64,000 nt of DNA from assembly GCA_021613535.1 (NCBI GenBank), contig CP075496.1, positions 10,044,001 through 10,108,000 on the forward strand, in the 5' to 3' direction. Below the pieces are notes generated by a model that ran no database searches, was not told the origin of the DNA, and saw only the letters and a list, made by a program, of their open reading frames with translations. Within the stretch, counting starts at the first letter, position 1. Every line of letters begins with the position of its first letter. The DNA comes from Adineta vaga (Eukaryota; Animalia; Rotifera). This document shows, in pieces, positions 35,960 to 51,093 of the stretch. The translations under genes and the position numbers were made by a program.

Positions 35960-38939
35960 CTAGTAACCTTGATAGAGAATAACCGCAAGAACAAGAATAA
36001 TAACCACAATTAAAGTGACAAATAAATAAATGCCTAATAATGCTGGTTTCCATGATTTACTCTATTGAAAATCAAAAGATATTTTCAAATGTTATGTTCA
36101 ATTGAATACTTACAGGAGGAGGTTCACGTCTTACACGAAGATCTGAATTTTTTTCTGGATAATAATCTCCATCTTCAAAACCTAACAAACGAAGAAGCAT
36201 TAAGATTTCAGATGAAAACAAACTTACGTTCATATTCTTGTCTAGCATGACAACAAGCATGAATTTCAAATATTAATTGAACAATAAAATGAAATATACA
36301 CCAACCGAATAATAACCATGAGCACCATGTCCATAAATCTAATCGACGATTATCCATACCCAAAAAGATAACAGGAATAGCAAGACAATGAGCTAACGAA
36401 ACAATTAGCCAATGAATCCAATACCAAACACAATAGCGTTTTGTACGAGGAACAGGTCTCATAATACCAATCAATGGCTATAGATAGAAAATAAATAAAT
36501 ACATATATAGATAGATTTCGTTTTCATTAATGTCCTATTCTTTAATACACATACAGCAAAAAATGCACAAACAAGAACGATAACACCAAGAATTGAATGC
36601 CACATATGATGTGTTCCATAGGTCCACTTCCAATTGAGTTCAAAAAGTATACAAAAGAATGCAATCCATGTTAAAATTGCTACCAAACACATCAAAGGTG
36701 GGAGAATCTATAGCAATTTAAAGAAAATCATTATTTTCGTTGAGAAAAAAATTCGTTTGAAATTATTTACAGTAAAATAAGAAACTCGTCTTCGTCGTTG
36801 AATTCGTTCTCCAGTTACAACTCCACTACCATCAACAACAACACTTCGGTCATAATCTGGCCAAACAGAATCAAAATAACGAGCGACCATCACGCCAGCT
36901 GATGCAAGAAGAACCCAGGCAATAATATTTAAAATTGCTATAACGAAGAAGAAAGAAGAGAATTATAATAAAATATCTTTTCCTTTATTTACCATGGATT
37001 TTAGATAGAAGAGATGCTGCGTGTGGATGTGATTTAGGCCATATACGACGTTCAAAATCGATTGGATGATTATTAACAATTGGAATATCTTGAATTGGAA
37101 TACGCATACCTAAAAATCAAATTGTTCAATATTCTTCTTCATCTCGTTCTTGTTTTAATACTATACAAACCTTGAGAAGTTATTAAATCTTCATTCGAAT
37201 AAATTGGATACATGTAATGAGGCTTTTTCAAATCAACAAATTTATCTCGTTCAGCACCATCATGAAGTCGTCCATCACTTTCTACCAATGTATCTGAATG
37301 AGGTGATAATGTTCGTGTAAATCTACAGAATATATGTGTCGCATTCGAAGAACCATCAACATCTTGTAAACCATAAGCCGGTCGACCACGTAAGATATAT
37401 TGAGGCGTTTGAACACCAACGAACATATTATGTATATAGACATGTCCTTGAGCATCTTTAGTACAGAGCACAACTTGATCACCACCCTTGAATTAAACCG
37501 TAAAATATTTAGTTTTGATAGTTGATAGGAGAAGAAATTACTAGTAGTATCATGTCTACACTCTACCGATACTGACAATCATTAAGAAATAGATAGTATT
37601 ATGTCATCAGACGATAAGTAATTTGTTAAGTCACAAGAGATGACAGTTGCTCAAAGTATGACAGCTGGTGAAACAATATCGATTTTTAATATGATATAAG
37701 AATGGGATATAAAAGAGTTCACCTTGTCTTCTTCAATAAAACAACAGAAATAACAAAGGTTTTTCTTACTCAATAATATTAATAGATCTTCTATGTTACG
37801 TATCTAGTGTACATATGATCCCTATACACACATCAAATGTAATATACGTGATCATTATCAATGATGATGATCATTTTGGCTCAATCGATTTCTCATCCCC
37901 ATGGCAATTTCTGACAATATATCGGATGAGAATTTCCATCACGTCTAATGCGATATTCATATAAAAAATCTTACCCGTTTTTCATCATTGGAAAATCCTA
38001 CACCAGCAAAGCCTTGTGCTCTGGCGACGATACGAAAACTAGCTGAATTTTCACTTAAAACTTGCCATGAAAGTGTATATTCACATTTAGCATCATTATT
38101 ACATTGTTGAGGAACAATCAGACAACCCTGTGATTCACCGCAATAATCAATATTAATTGATTGATCTGCCGTATATGGTACCATTCCAGATGCCAGACGC
38201 TGAACACGTAAAAGAGAATATTCATTACAGAGATTAGCAGACGAATAAAAACAAGATATTTACTCGTCTTAAAGGAGCTGATTTAACTCGATATAATTGT
38301 CGATTTGAGACAATATCTGCTCTATAAGAATGTAAAAACGGAAGATACATCTATAGAATAGTTTCATATGAACTAACTTGAAAACAATTTCATCTAAATT
38401 TGGATTGAGACCACTTGCTCTCCATTGTAATGGAATTTCTCGATATCCACGACTTTCTACTCGATCGAGATAAATAACCTATTTCAAATATTCAAGAAAA
38501 AAAATGGATGAAATTTACATAAATCTATTGACATGTGATTCTTACACTAGCACCATTAGGGCATGTATGATGTCTCAATGCTAAATTTCCTGTTTGATGA
38601 TCATCAAATCGTCCAATAATATTTCCATCATAATCTATTGCCCGTAGAGCAAATTCACTAATACCATAATTTTGTCGTTTTTGTTTTATTGCCACTAGAA
38701 GGAGAAAAACATCATTTGTCTTACTTAAAAGACAAATAAATCTTACATAAAATTGTATCTTCCGGTAGAAATCTTCCTTCGTAAAGATCAATTTCGAACT
38801 CATCATTGCCATCAATCGATGACATTCCTGCAACTTCAACATCTGATGAACATAATGATTCGAATGTAATTTGACAACGAATTGTTCCGATTAACAGGAC
38901 AACGAATATAAACGAAAATAGATGACGATTTATAGCCAT
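35960..38939 (-). CDS. Ferric-chelate reductase-like protein (reeler + DOMON + cytochrome b561), multi-exon
   Basis: Signal peptide; reeler-like FALRA....IIGRF..C..G..V...LQW.A; CG.SQGC..P..C; DOMON GFAGVGFSND..GGD..V.C and IFCRFTR; b561 LKIHAIL..IAW......G...ARYF, WHSILG, RP.P...R....WIH. Confidence 0.85.
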
Positions 38940-40056
38940 CTAAAAATTTAAAGAATATATGACGAATATGTATCATACCGAAATGGAGAGAGAGAAGGAG
39001 AAAAAAAAGGTAAAATGTTATCATTATAACTAACTTGTATATCGGCAAACGAATAAAGATGCGTTTGTCGTATCTCTCAGGGTCTTCCTTCTCTTCTCAT
39101 TCGATGTAAACGCGAACTCCCACCATCACTACAAAAGATGTATGTGTATATGTATGTGTACACATACACAGATTCTTTTTCTCTTCTTTTAGCCAACATC
39201 GCCTTGTATGTATAAATGCGACGACAGGAGAGAAAGAATAGAAATAAAAAAAAACGAGCAAAAGAGGACAGACAGACGACACATCTGAGTAACCATCGTG
39301 TGGTTTTTTTTCTTTCTCTTAGAAAGTTGATGTCGGTGTATATGTACAATGAGTAAACCATCGACATTGTTGTCATGTCCTACGCTTGTATGCACTGATT
39401 TATATATATGCATACTTGATAAGCAAATGCTCAACCCACACATACACTTTCTTGAGATAAAAAAAATATGTAATTGTACGAATAATAAGACTTGAAGAAA
39501 AAGAAAGAAAAGAATTACTTTTGTATGAATCAGACTAAATGAATAATACTCATTCGAATTACTATCTCAGCATGTTATTAGTCAGAACAGATTTTAATTA
39601 AAGATGTATAAAGAAATAGAATATTATAAAATGTATGAAATATTACTACAGTACAATACGTAAATAGAAGAAGACGGGAGAGGAAAAAACTGTATATTTG
39701 TTGTAGGATTATTCTCTGATGTACGTGTAAATTTCACTTTTCGCTTATTCTTTCTTTTTACCTATAACCCTAAGATTCGTAATGGAATGGAAATGAATTA
39801 AAAAATAGAAGACATATATCAGACATATCAGTGATCAATCTATTTGACTACCGTAAGAGACTTTTCACCGCTAGATGTAGTAAAGTTTAGTTTTTAAAGA
39901 AAAAAAAAGGTAAGTAGATAGTCTTTCTACCAATAAAAATCGAGATATGATAGAGGTACGTTTGATGCATTTTGATTGGATATGATTATGCTTCTAAGAA
40001 AAATAAAATGTAAAATAAAGAAAATACATCAACCGATTGAATTAGATTCGTATCGC

Positions 40057-40404
40057 ATGGGTTGTAAACAATGGACATTAGCTACTGCGACTTTTCTTCT
40101 TTTAATTTTATCTTTTTGGTCATTTATTAATGCAATTTTACTTTGTATGAGCAAATATTTAGTAAGTTCTTCTCTTGTTCAAAGAAATCATAAAGATTTT
40201 TCATTCTTTTAAAATATTCTAGTATACTGATATTCATTTATTTATCCCACATACTCGCCATGGTTCTTTACAAATAATAAAAACTACTACTCCAAATGTT
40301 ATTACTGTTGTGAATACTTCGTTATTTGTTTACTAATATTCATATAGATATGTTTATGTAGATGTAAATACATACAGCAATTAAGAATTTTTTTTTCATT
40401 GTGA
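40057..40404 (+). CDS. Possible small membrane-anchored protein or gene remnant
   Basis: MGCKQWTLATATFLLLILSFWSFINAILL hydrophobic start, then a GTAAGT donor and a TAG acceptor opening YTDIHLFIPH...; the structure is uncertain. Confidence 0.3.
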
Positions 40405-41308
40405 TTAAATATGTAATATAGAATAATGCATTTGTGATATATGGTTTGATTTTTCTTTTCTGTAATCAAATCATTAAAGAGAAATGCTAGATTAAATGAA
40501 TATTTCTATAATTTCAAAGGAAAGTTTTTGAAATTCCTACAACAAACGTATGAATGGATTGATTTCAATCCATTTTCAAAAGAACAAATCTAGTTGTTGT
40601 TGTTGTTTTGAATTAAATTGACATTTTTGCTCAACCAAAAAATTGAACATAGTAACAAAGAAAAAGTATCATTTATGTATCTTGCGAAAAGATTTAAAAT
40701 AAAGATAAGATTCTTATGGCGGCACAACGTATCTATGTTATTGTTTTCAATGGTAATCCTCTATCATTCTTTGTGTAATCAAGGCAGAACTAATCAATCT
40801 CTTTATTATGATCGATTTCTTTGATCATTCAAGCTGTATCTTCTAATATTAACAATATGCGGCTCATGAGAATCTGTACAAGATATTTATCTTCTCGTTG
40901 ATTTGTCAATCATTATTCCATAGAAATTAATACGATTAATAATTCGTTGATATCTCGTATATGCGTACATGTTTTTGATTGATCTAACAAATCGATTTGG
41001 TACTAAAAAAAGAAGCTTATCATTGATCACTTTCATTAACCAGAAACAGAACTGTATAAAATATCAATCTTATCTTTTGTCTACAGTTAATGTTCTTGAT
41101 CACCACAGTATCCGAAACATTTGCATATAACGTTTATTCAGCTGTTCCTCATTTATTGAACGGATATGTTGATCACATGTTTGTATTGCTAAGAAACATC
41201 TATTATGGGAAGATCTTCAGTATGCTGTTAAATCATTCGACAGTAGTAGAAAAATCTTTGTTTATTAATTCGTTCATAATCACGAAAAAAAAAGAAACGA
41301 GTTATACT

Positions 41309-42340
41309 TCAATTGCCTTTTGGTCGAACCAAAATCGTTTGTCCACCACCGGCTGTTATTGTTATTGGACCAATCATTCGTCGATCTCGTTGATTCCAAC
41401 ATAATAATTTCGGCCATAGTTCTGGTAGACATCCAAGTGAAAAAAATGGTAATAATAAAATCAAATAACCAGTGAAATAGAAAAAATAGGGTTCAATACT
41501 CGCACCGAAATCATTCAAATCTGAATGAGTTTGTCGAACAAGAACAATTATTGATTGAGGAAGATTAATACATAATGAAAGTGTCGATATTGAAAGTAAT
41601 TGAATCGTCATTTTTCGATATTTTTTCCATTGAAAACGATTTTGAGAATAGTATTTCTTCCAAATTGTTCTTCCTAACAACGATATACTAAATACAGCTT
41701 CTAGAATATTACATAAAATTCCATTTAATAAATTATCCCATGTATTTAACCATGAAATTTCAAGATAACATGGCGATGAACCACATGCTAAATAATTAAA
41801 ATAGAAAATATTTTGACATGGTGGATATATAATTATGTTCGTATAAAACGTCAGAAGATAGATCGAAATAACAACTAAAGGTAAATAGTGTACATAGAAA
41901 ATTCGTCGTTTTGTACTAAGAAATTGTCGTCGATGAAAGACAAGTATATGTCTTTCAAATGAAGCCCACACAAGAAATACCGATGTGGCGCCATAAAATC
42001 CATAATCAATAAACCACCAAAGTAAACATAGATTAGGTGTTGATACCGATGTATTTCCATGACCTAATCGCCATCCATCAAGATATAATGAATTGTCAAT
42101 AACTAAGATAAAAAGACACAGAAAAAGTAAAACAATAATAACATGATTATGAATATGTTGACGTAAACGTCGGTCAAATATTAAATAATAGAGAAGAAAT
42201 ATTGTACAAAATAGGGATGGTATTTGTAAGATTAAATATGTCCAAAATTGAATTTGAGCTGATGGAATGAATATTTCATCTTCATCTTCATAATCGTAAT
42301 CATGCGAATTTGTATCATTATTTGTTCCATTATCGTTCAT
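41309..42340 (-). CDS. Orphan rhodopsin-like GPCR, intronless
   Basis: Seven TM segments, CLLWWF, WASFERH (DRY variant), KMT.QLL, NLP, LLPF. Confidence 0.9.
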   Translation of the reverse strand: MNDNGTNNDTNSHDYDYEDEDEIFIPSAQIQFWTYLILQIPSLFCTIFLLYYLIFDRRLRQHIHNHVIIVLLFLCLFILVIDNSLYLDGWRLGHGNTSVSTPNLCLLWWFIDYGFYGATSVFLVWASFERHILVFHRRQFLSTKRRIFYVHYLPLVVISIYLLTFYTNIIIYPPCQNIFYFNYLACGSSPCYLEISWLNTWDNLLNGILCNILEAVFSISLLGRTIWKKYYSQNRFQWKKYRKMTIQLLSISTLSLCINLPQSIIVLVRQTHSDLNDFGASIEPYFFYFTGYLILLLPFFSLGCLPELWPKLLCWNQRDRRMIGPITITAGGGQTILVRPKGN

Positions 42341-43461
42341 TGTGAATAAAATTCTTCGAATAGTTAACGCTGATTTATTTCGCTGATTAAATCGATTGGT
42401 TTAGGAATACAATACTAAATCAAAATGGAAATTAAAGAAAGGAAATCAAATTTCCGTTAAAGGAAACATATTGAAAAAATAATTTTGATGTACTCATGCT
42501 GATAGACATATCTTTAATATTCATGTCTAGTATGAGCAAAGAAAGAAAGTAACATACTCAAGTTCCAGAAAACAAAGATCTTTCAAGCTTCTCAAAGTAT
42601 TGAATTATACAAAGTTGATTTTATCAATCAATACGAGATTTTCTTTTTAAGTAAACACAAACTAAAACTAATCGGTATTATGTATTCACTCAATCAGAAA
42701 TATTGTCTGTAGAGTTCATCCTTAAGAAAGAAAAACTCAAGATTCGAACCTGTATTCAATTCATCTTATTAGTACATGTAAACTCGGAAAGAAAGTGCTT
42801 TCCTCAGCTTGATGGTAAGTCTGTAAATCTTTCTATTTTTATTGCCTATATATCTAATCTTGTAATTAGAAAATGTAACAAGGTAATGTCAGAAACAGAT
42901 AATTCAATAATCTACTGATCAGTTTTAATAGAAATTTCCTTCAAACAAATAACTGAAGTAGCTTTCTTTTTTCCTTTTATCATTTAAATTATGACACAAA
43001 ATATTAATATAATTTACTATCTTTATAAGTTTCAAGCTACTCAATCTGAACTTAATCTATTTTTTAAATTAAAGAAATATCATAGATGTTATTTTTATGA
43101 TAGAATGATTATCTTTTTTTATCAAAGGAAAAATAGTGTTTTTAAGAGAGTGAGTGAGTGAAAGGTAAAGAAATATAACCAAGGCTAGTTTGTAATCAAC
43201 TAAACAGCTTTGCATTTTCATTCTTATTGAAAAATTTGAAATTGACATATTGAAATCGTACGCACACTCCCTTTTTTTTAATGATATTTAATATATTCTT
43301 CTATTAAATCTTGCAATACTGATGGGGAAAAAAAACAGATTTAATCTTACAGAAGGAATGTAGAGCTAAATATCTGTCGAAAAATTTCCATTCTATGAAT
43401 CGAATATAAATAGATCATAAACTTTATCTATTCGAATGATTATCAATCCTTATTGAAAAGA

Positions 43462-44121
43462 ATGTTTTGTATTTATATTGTTCTGTTCTGTATTATTCAT
43501 GTGCTCAATACAAATGGAGCTTGGATTCAAACAACAATATCCATGAATGAACATGCGAAAGATTTAGCCCATTTAGGAGAGACATTTTGGTCACTGAAAC
43601 CTGTTGTATTTCAAAATGAAGGACCATTAGTTCTATGTCAATTCATTGATGAATATTGTACAACAGAAACAAATCGAATGCAAGCGATTTCACTGATGAC
43701 ATCTTCAATTGTCAATGAATATCGTAGTAAGAAACGTTATAATCAAGTATTAACGACATGTATGAATTCAACTACATTGGAAAATGTTCAACAATCTTCT
43801 CCATTGATACATCGGATGCTTTCACCCATGATTACACAAAGAGATAAGCATAATATTATACAACATCGAAAGATAATTATGAATTATTTTACAGAACTTA
43901 ATGATTTATTGAATTATATGAACAAATCTTGTAATGCAGAAGAAATTCATGCACTTTTATGTTTATCAAATACAGAATTATTAATAACTTGTGTTCAGAA
44001 AATTCTTCAAGATATCTATGAGAAGAATAATTCTGCAATTTATGAAGAATTTATAGAAAAAACAAAAGAAATACTGGTTGATCTTAATACACAATTATTA
44101 CAGTTATCCACATTGAACTAG
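43462..44121 (+). CDS. Secreted Cys-containing helical protein of unknown family, intronless
   Basis: Signal peptide MFCIYIVLFCIIHVLNTNGA, 219-codon ORF, TATAAA at ~43405, AATAAA at ~44129. Confidence 0.75.
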   Translation: MFCIYIVLFCIIHVLNTNGAWIQTTISMNEHAKDLAHLGETFWSLKPVVFQNEGPLVLCQFIDEYCTTETNRMQAISLMTSSIVNEYRSKKRYNQVLTTCMNSTTLENVQQSSPLIHRMLSPMITQRDKHNIIQHRKIIMNYFTELNDLLNYMNKSCNAEEIHALLCLSNTELLITCVQKILQDIYEKNNSAIYEEFIEKTKEILVDLNTQLLQLSTLN

Positions 44122-45126
44122 AATACAGAATAAACTGTCATGTAAAGAATACAAATTATGATAACCTATATTTCAATAAATTTCATCTCTATTCTCAATA
44201 CATTTTTTTCTTGATAATCAACAATCATATTTAGAAACATATCACTAAATATAAGTTCTACAAATTAAACAATAATCATTTTCATTTTATGGCGTTGTAT
44301 TTCATTCATATAGCATAGCGAACAAGATTCCACTCTCAACTAGTTTGTCTTGAAATACCAGCCATTCTATTTATAGATTGTCTTCCGAAGCAATCGACTT
44401 ATACGTGATTTTATGTCAAAAGAATTCTACTATCGACGTAATAGAATCAATCGTTAATTGTAAATCATCTTTCAAGAGTGAAAAAGTATTTCTTGAAAAC
44501 TCCACCTTTACGAGGGTTAGTTTGATTTTGAAAAAAACATTCATGCCGGTAACTTAAATAAATAATGATTCGAATTGATCAAATATTTATTTGAAGTACT
44601 TCTGAAAAATTTTTAATGATCCTTTCATTTCTTTACGTAGTCTTGAAAAACATTCATATATAAATATGAATTTAACTGAAAGAGGCCACAAAATTTCGAA
44701 AAAATAACATTTCATCAAAGATAAACAATGAAAGAGTGAGAGAGAGCAGACTATTTTTCAAGACCTTTATTGCATCACAACTATTCAATTCGTTATTTGT
44801 GTTAGTTTAACGTTCAGTAGGAAATATAAAGATTGTTTATTATTTTCGTTCATCATTATTTATTATTATAAGAAAAAAAAATCGAAAAATTGATGCTATG
44901 ATTTTTGTCTCTGATGTTTCGATACGAAGGTGTTATTCTGTTGTGAAATATAAAGATATAAGGAGACATTGTACATAAAAATAAGACGAGACAAATGATG
45001 ATACAGACAAAGAAACTAGAGAAAGAGATTCAAAGGATGTATTTGATGATGATAAAAAAAAACGAATTTATTAGTCGATGATGGAATTTTAAAAATGTCT
45101 TTTTTTCTTTTTGTTTATTGGCTGAT

Positions 45127-46942
<1,816 letters not shown>

Positions 46943-48600
46943 ATTTGATGTTTTTTATTACAATGAATGAAGAGTAGAGAATAGAAATGCTGTTGAAGAA
47001 AACGATAGAGAGAGGCGAACGACTAATAACGAACTCACACATACCTTTATATAGGGACATTATTTCTCTCGTTTTCTCTCTCTCTCCCTCACTTTTTGCT
47101 CTTGATGTGTTGCTGACAACCAACAACGAAGCATGTTGCCGTAGAAACATGCTATTCTTCATTCTCTCTCGTTTTTGCTCTTTTCTTCTTTAACGTCCGT
47201 CGTCGGGCGATGAACAAATAATATATATATAATACAATAACGACGAAGACGTCGACGACCGTTTTGTTTGTTTCGTTGCCACGAATCGCAACAAAGTTTG
47301 AAGTGTTGGTGTTCGTGATGAGTGCGAGATGGGAGGAAACAGCAGCAGAATGAACTCAACTATAGTTTGAGAAAAAAAAATTGAAGAATGAATCACATAA
47401 AAACGTAGCGATTCCTGTTACGAATCATGATCATCATGACAACTCAAAAGCGAATATTTGTCCATTTCATATGTTGTTGTTTATTCTTTTCTTTCGTTCT
47501 GTAATCGAGTGAATTTTTTTTTTGTGTGTATAGCATCCAGAAAGAAATACAGGATGAAACAGACTTGTTTATATTATAATTTTTGCTATACACAAATCCT
47601 AGTTACTAAATTCTCTTCATCGAGAAATTAACAGAAAGAAAAACAACTTGAGTTCTCTCTTTTTAAAAATGTATTTGAATAAAGACATGAATTTTAGAAT
47701 TGACTTGACTTGAAGCTGATTGAAATACTCCTCTAAACGATATTTCATCTTATGGATTTGCGTATGAATCAAAACTTGGAAGATTTATCGGATGATTGTG
47801 TTTCAGTATTTTAAATTCAATGAGCATCTCACTATAGAAATGTCAGATTATTATTTCACTTGATTGTTTCTCACACGCAAATCTGCATGTTTCATTTTCG
47901 ACAATATTCTAGAAGATACTAGCGTTCACCGATTAGTTTGAAAAGAAATCACAAGAGTACATAAATTGCCACAAGAGAAGAAAAAGAGAGGGTAAGTTAA
48001 AGTTGGTATACAATCATTCTTTTTTCTTTGTATATCTTTGGTAACCAACATTTTTGTGAATTCAGACAATTTTCTTCTTTCTGATAATTTTAACAATATG
48101 GAAGTCATACTAAATCGAAAAAAAGACTGAATAATTAGACGGAATATATAGTTGAAATACGAATAATTCTTATGTAAATATTCTAAATCTATGATTAAAC
48201 TCGTTGAATAACAACATTGTCTTTCAAAAAATGCTTAATGAAGAAAAACATCAGATGTCTGTAAAAACACATTTCCTTAGGATCGATGAGTCTTGATCAT
48301 TCAATATCTTTTATTGATCACTCTGAACATATGAATCAATTTATATTTTTAACCGCTGATATTAACGTTTAGAGGTGTTTTCCGGTCCGATCAAAAAATT
48401 TCAAAGATATATTATTAGCATGTTGATACATCTTACTTTAAATCAAGATTAACGATTTAAAGAAAAAAATGACAAATATATATATATATATAGGAAAATT
48501 GATGGATTAGTAAAGTTTATATTTGATAAAGAAACAACAAATTGGATAAAATGAATGAAAGAGTCTTTACATAAGACATGTAAAAAGAATAATCGAGTTA

Positions 48601-49119
48601 TTATTTTGTTTCCTTGTTCTCACTGGTTGATTGATTGTTATTTGAGGGTGTAGTAGTATTACCATGTTTGTTTAATGAACTACCTTGTTGTAGTTTAAGT
48701 TCAATATCTCCATGGTCATTCAGAACTGGTATTTTAACATTATCATTAACAGTAGGATCAGGTTGGCCAGGAGTTAATTCATTATCTTTATGATGACTTT
48801 GTTCTTTAGGATGACTTTTATCTTTATGATCGGCATTCTTTTTTTCTACGGATGGTGAAGATGTTCGGTGTTTTTGTACTTCACGATCTTTTTCTTTTTC
48901 TTCTTCTTCAATTCGATGTTTTGTTTTAGGTGACGGTGGTTTTGGACGTAGTTCATCAAGTTCTTGATCAATTTCTTCAATAGTAGGTTCATCTTCTTTT
49001 TTTTCTTGATCTTTGTTTTTATCGTTGCTCTTCACCATATGGACCGATTGAGGTTTTGGACTATCACCGTCATTTTCCGTTGATTTCGTCTTTGATTTAA
49101 CTTCTTCTTTTTTAGACAT
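48601..49119 (-). CDS. Highly charged hydrophilic, probably intrinsically disordered protein (172 aa)
   Basis: Long stop-free ORF rich in K/E/D/S/P/H/N with almost no aromatics or Cys; start MSKKEE. Confidence 0.7.
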   Translation of the reverse strand: MSKKEEVKSKTKSTENDGDSPKPQSVHMVKSNDKNKDQEKKEDEPTIEEIDQELDELRPKPPSPKTKHRIEEEEKEKDREVQKHRTSSPSVEKKNADHKDKSHPKEQSHHKDNELTPGQPDPTVNDNVKIPVLNDHGDIELKLQQGSSLNKHGNTTTPSNNNQSTSENKETK

Positions 49120-51093
49120 CGATGATTTCGTTGAAAAGCAAAATATCCACACTGTATGTTACTCGTGATATATCATACGACTAATATAATTTGTAAAAAA
49201 AAACATGAGTCAAAATCAATCATTTGTGACGATCACAATACACGCCTATCTGTTTCTTTCCTATTCTTTTACATTGAGTATAATGCATAAAAATCATCTT
49301 ATTCATGCGATACATTGAACTTATGATAAAGTTCATGAATGACTGTTTCGTAGTATTCATTTAGTTCAACATTACGAGCATGTAAATAATAAATAACAAA
49401 GTAGAATAAAAAAATCATTGTTACATCAATACAAATACTGATACAACTTTGATAGAAAAACTTATTTTATATACCAATTCGTATAGTATTTGACAAAAAA
49501 CTGTAATCGATAATCGTTCTAATTCGTGTTATGTTTTTCGTATATTTCTCTATTCATAAATATAATTTGTCTATCAGAATCCATTAGATGTCTAAAATTA
49601 GACAATATTTATTTCAGCCTATTACACTTCTGTCAATACAATAGTATGAGATTATTATCGTCTATCTAAAGTTAATTAAACACAACTGATGAGATAACAT
49701 TCTATGTAACAATAGACTCTATATGTCTTGTGTTACAAAAAAATACATTGACGTACTTGATGGAATGTTGGCAACAATTCTTCATAGCTTGTCTAATATG
49801 GATATTGTATATTAAATCGACCGCATGCTTATTAATCAGTAGCTTTATTAAATGGGTAAGAAATACTAATTACAAGAAAAGAAAAGTAATGTATTTCGAG
49901 TATAGTTTCAATAGAGAACGTAATATTAACGATATTAAAAATGAATGATACTGTTCATGAGTTTTATACTAAATCCTTTATCACAATTTTATAAATTTAA
50001 ATTTTATGTATTGCCAGTCGAATATTTAGATCAGTTGTTCCGAATTGGATATCTATCGATATATTTAGAATTGTCAATAAAAGATAAAAGAAAAAGAAAA
50101 GAACGGCCGATTTGGGATGTAAAATGTTCGGCATGGGATCTATATCACTGCGAACTGCTGTAATCCCAGTTATATGTTTAGTATAGAAAAAGCTGATAAA
50201 AAAATGGTCTTTTATATTTATTCGATGATAATCATCTGTTATCTCTGTAGTCAAATAGTCGTTCATGGTATATGAAGTGCGCTGTATTTTTTCGACTCTT
50301 GATTATTTATATGAAAATGGTTTCGATACAATAGAATTGTTTGTTCGACATTTAAACATGATCTGATTAACATAACTGTTATGCTAAAACTACGAATTGT
50401 ATACATTGACGCCTTCTGTAATTCTTTAAAAGCACATACTTTTTGTATCAAAGACGTTATAAGATAGTCGTCATAGGATATACTGCTAATATTAAAATTC
50501 TCGAGGGTTTGTCAAGGACTGATTAAGTAGAATGAAAAGAAGGCGAGATGAAAGGAGATTTTTGACAAACTATCAATATATAACTTTGAATGTGTTTTCT
50601 TTTCTTACTATAATAAAGCTTCGATAAGTGTCGCTTCCATTCTATGACAAATGATTCTTTGTATCTATAAACAGAAGTCTTCGTTGTAATTATTAGTTAT
50701 AAACGATATGTTAGTTCTGTGTGTGAGATAATTTCTCTCTTGAATGACCTTTTCATTTATGTTATCACCTGTTCTTTCTGAAAAATAGTATTGATGGACT
50801 GTGTGCTTTCTCCTCTGTTTCTTTTTATCTTCATTTTCCATTTCTCATCAAGACCAATTGTTTTCTGTCAAACAACAGCATCGAAGTAAATGTATACAAT
50901 GTCGATCTATGATGACAGATGCTGATAACACGAAGAAAAAGACGAAGAAGAAGAAGAAGGAGACGGAAAGGAAGTGCCGATATATTCAAGTAATGTCGAA
51001 GTAGAAGATAAAGAAAAAAAAGAAGGAGACGAAGCATCAGTTGACAATAAACAGACAAAATTGTATTTTAAAGAACCATATTGTTGCTAACAC

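Noticed and set aside
39077-39443. Overlapping short ORFs upstream of the FRRS1-like gene
   Set aside because: Low-complexity promoter/5' UTR sequence without protein motifs.
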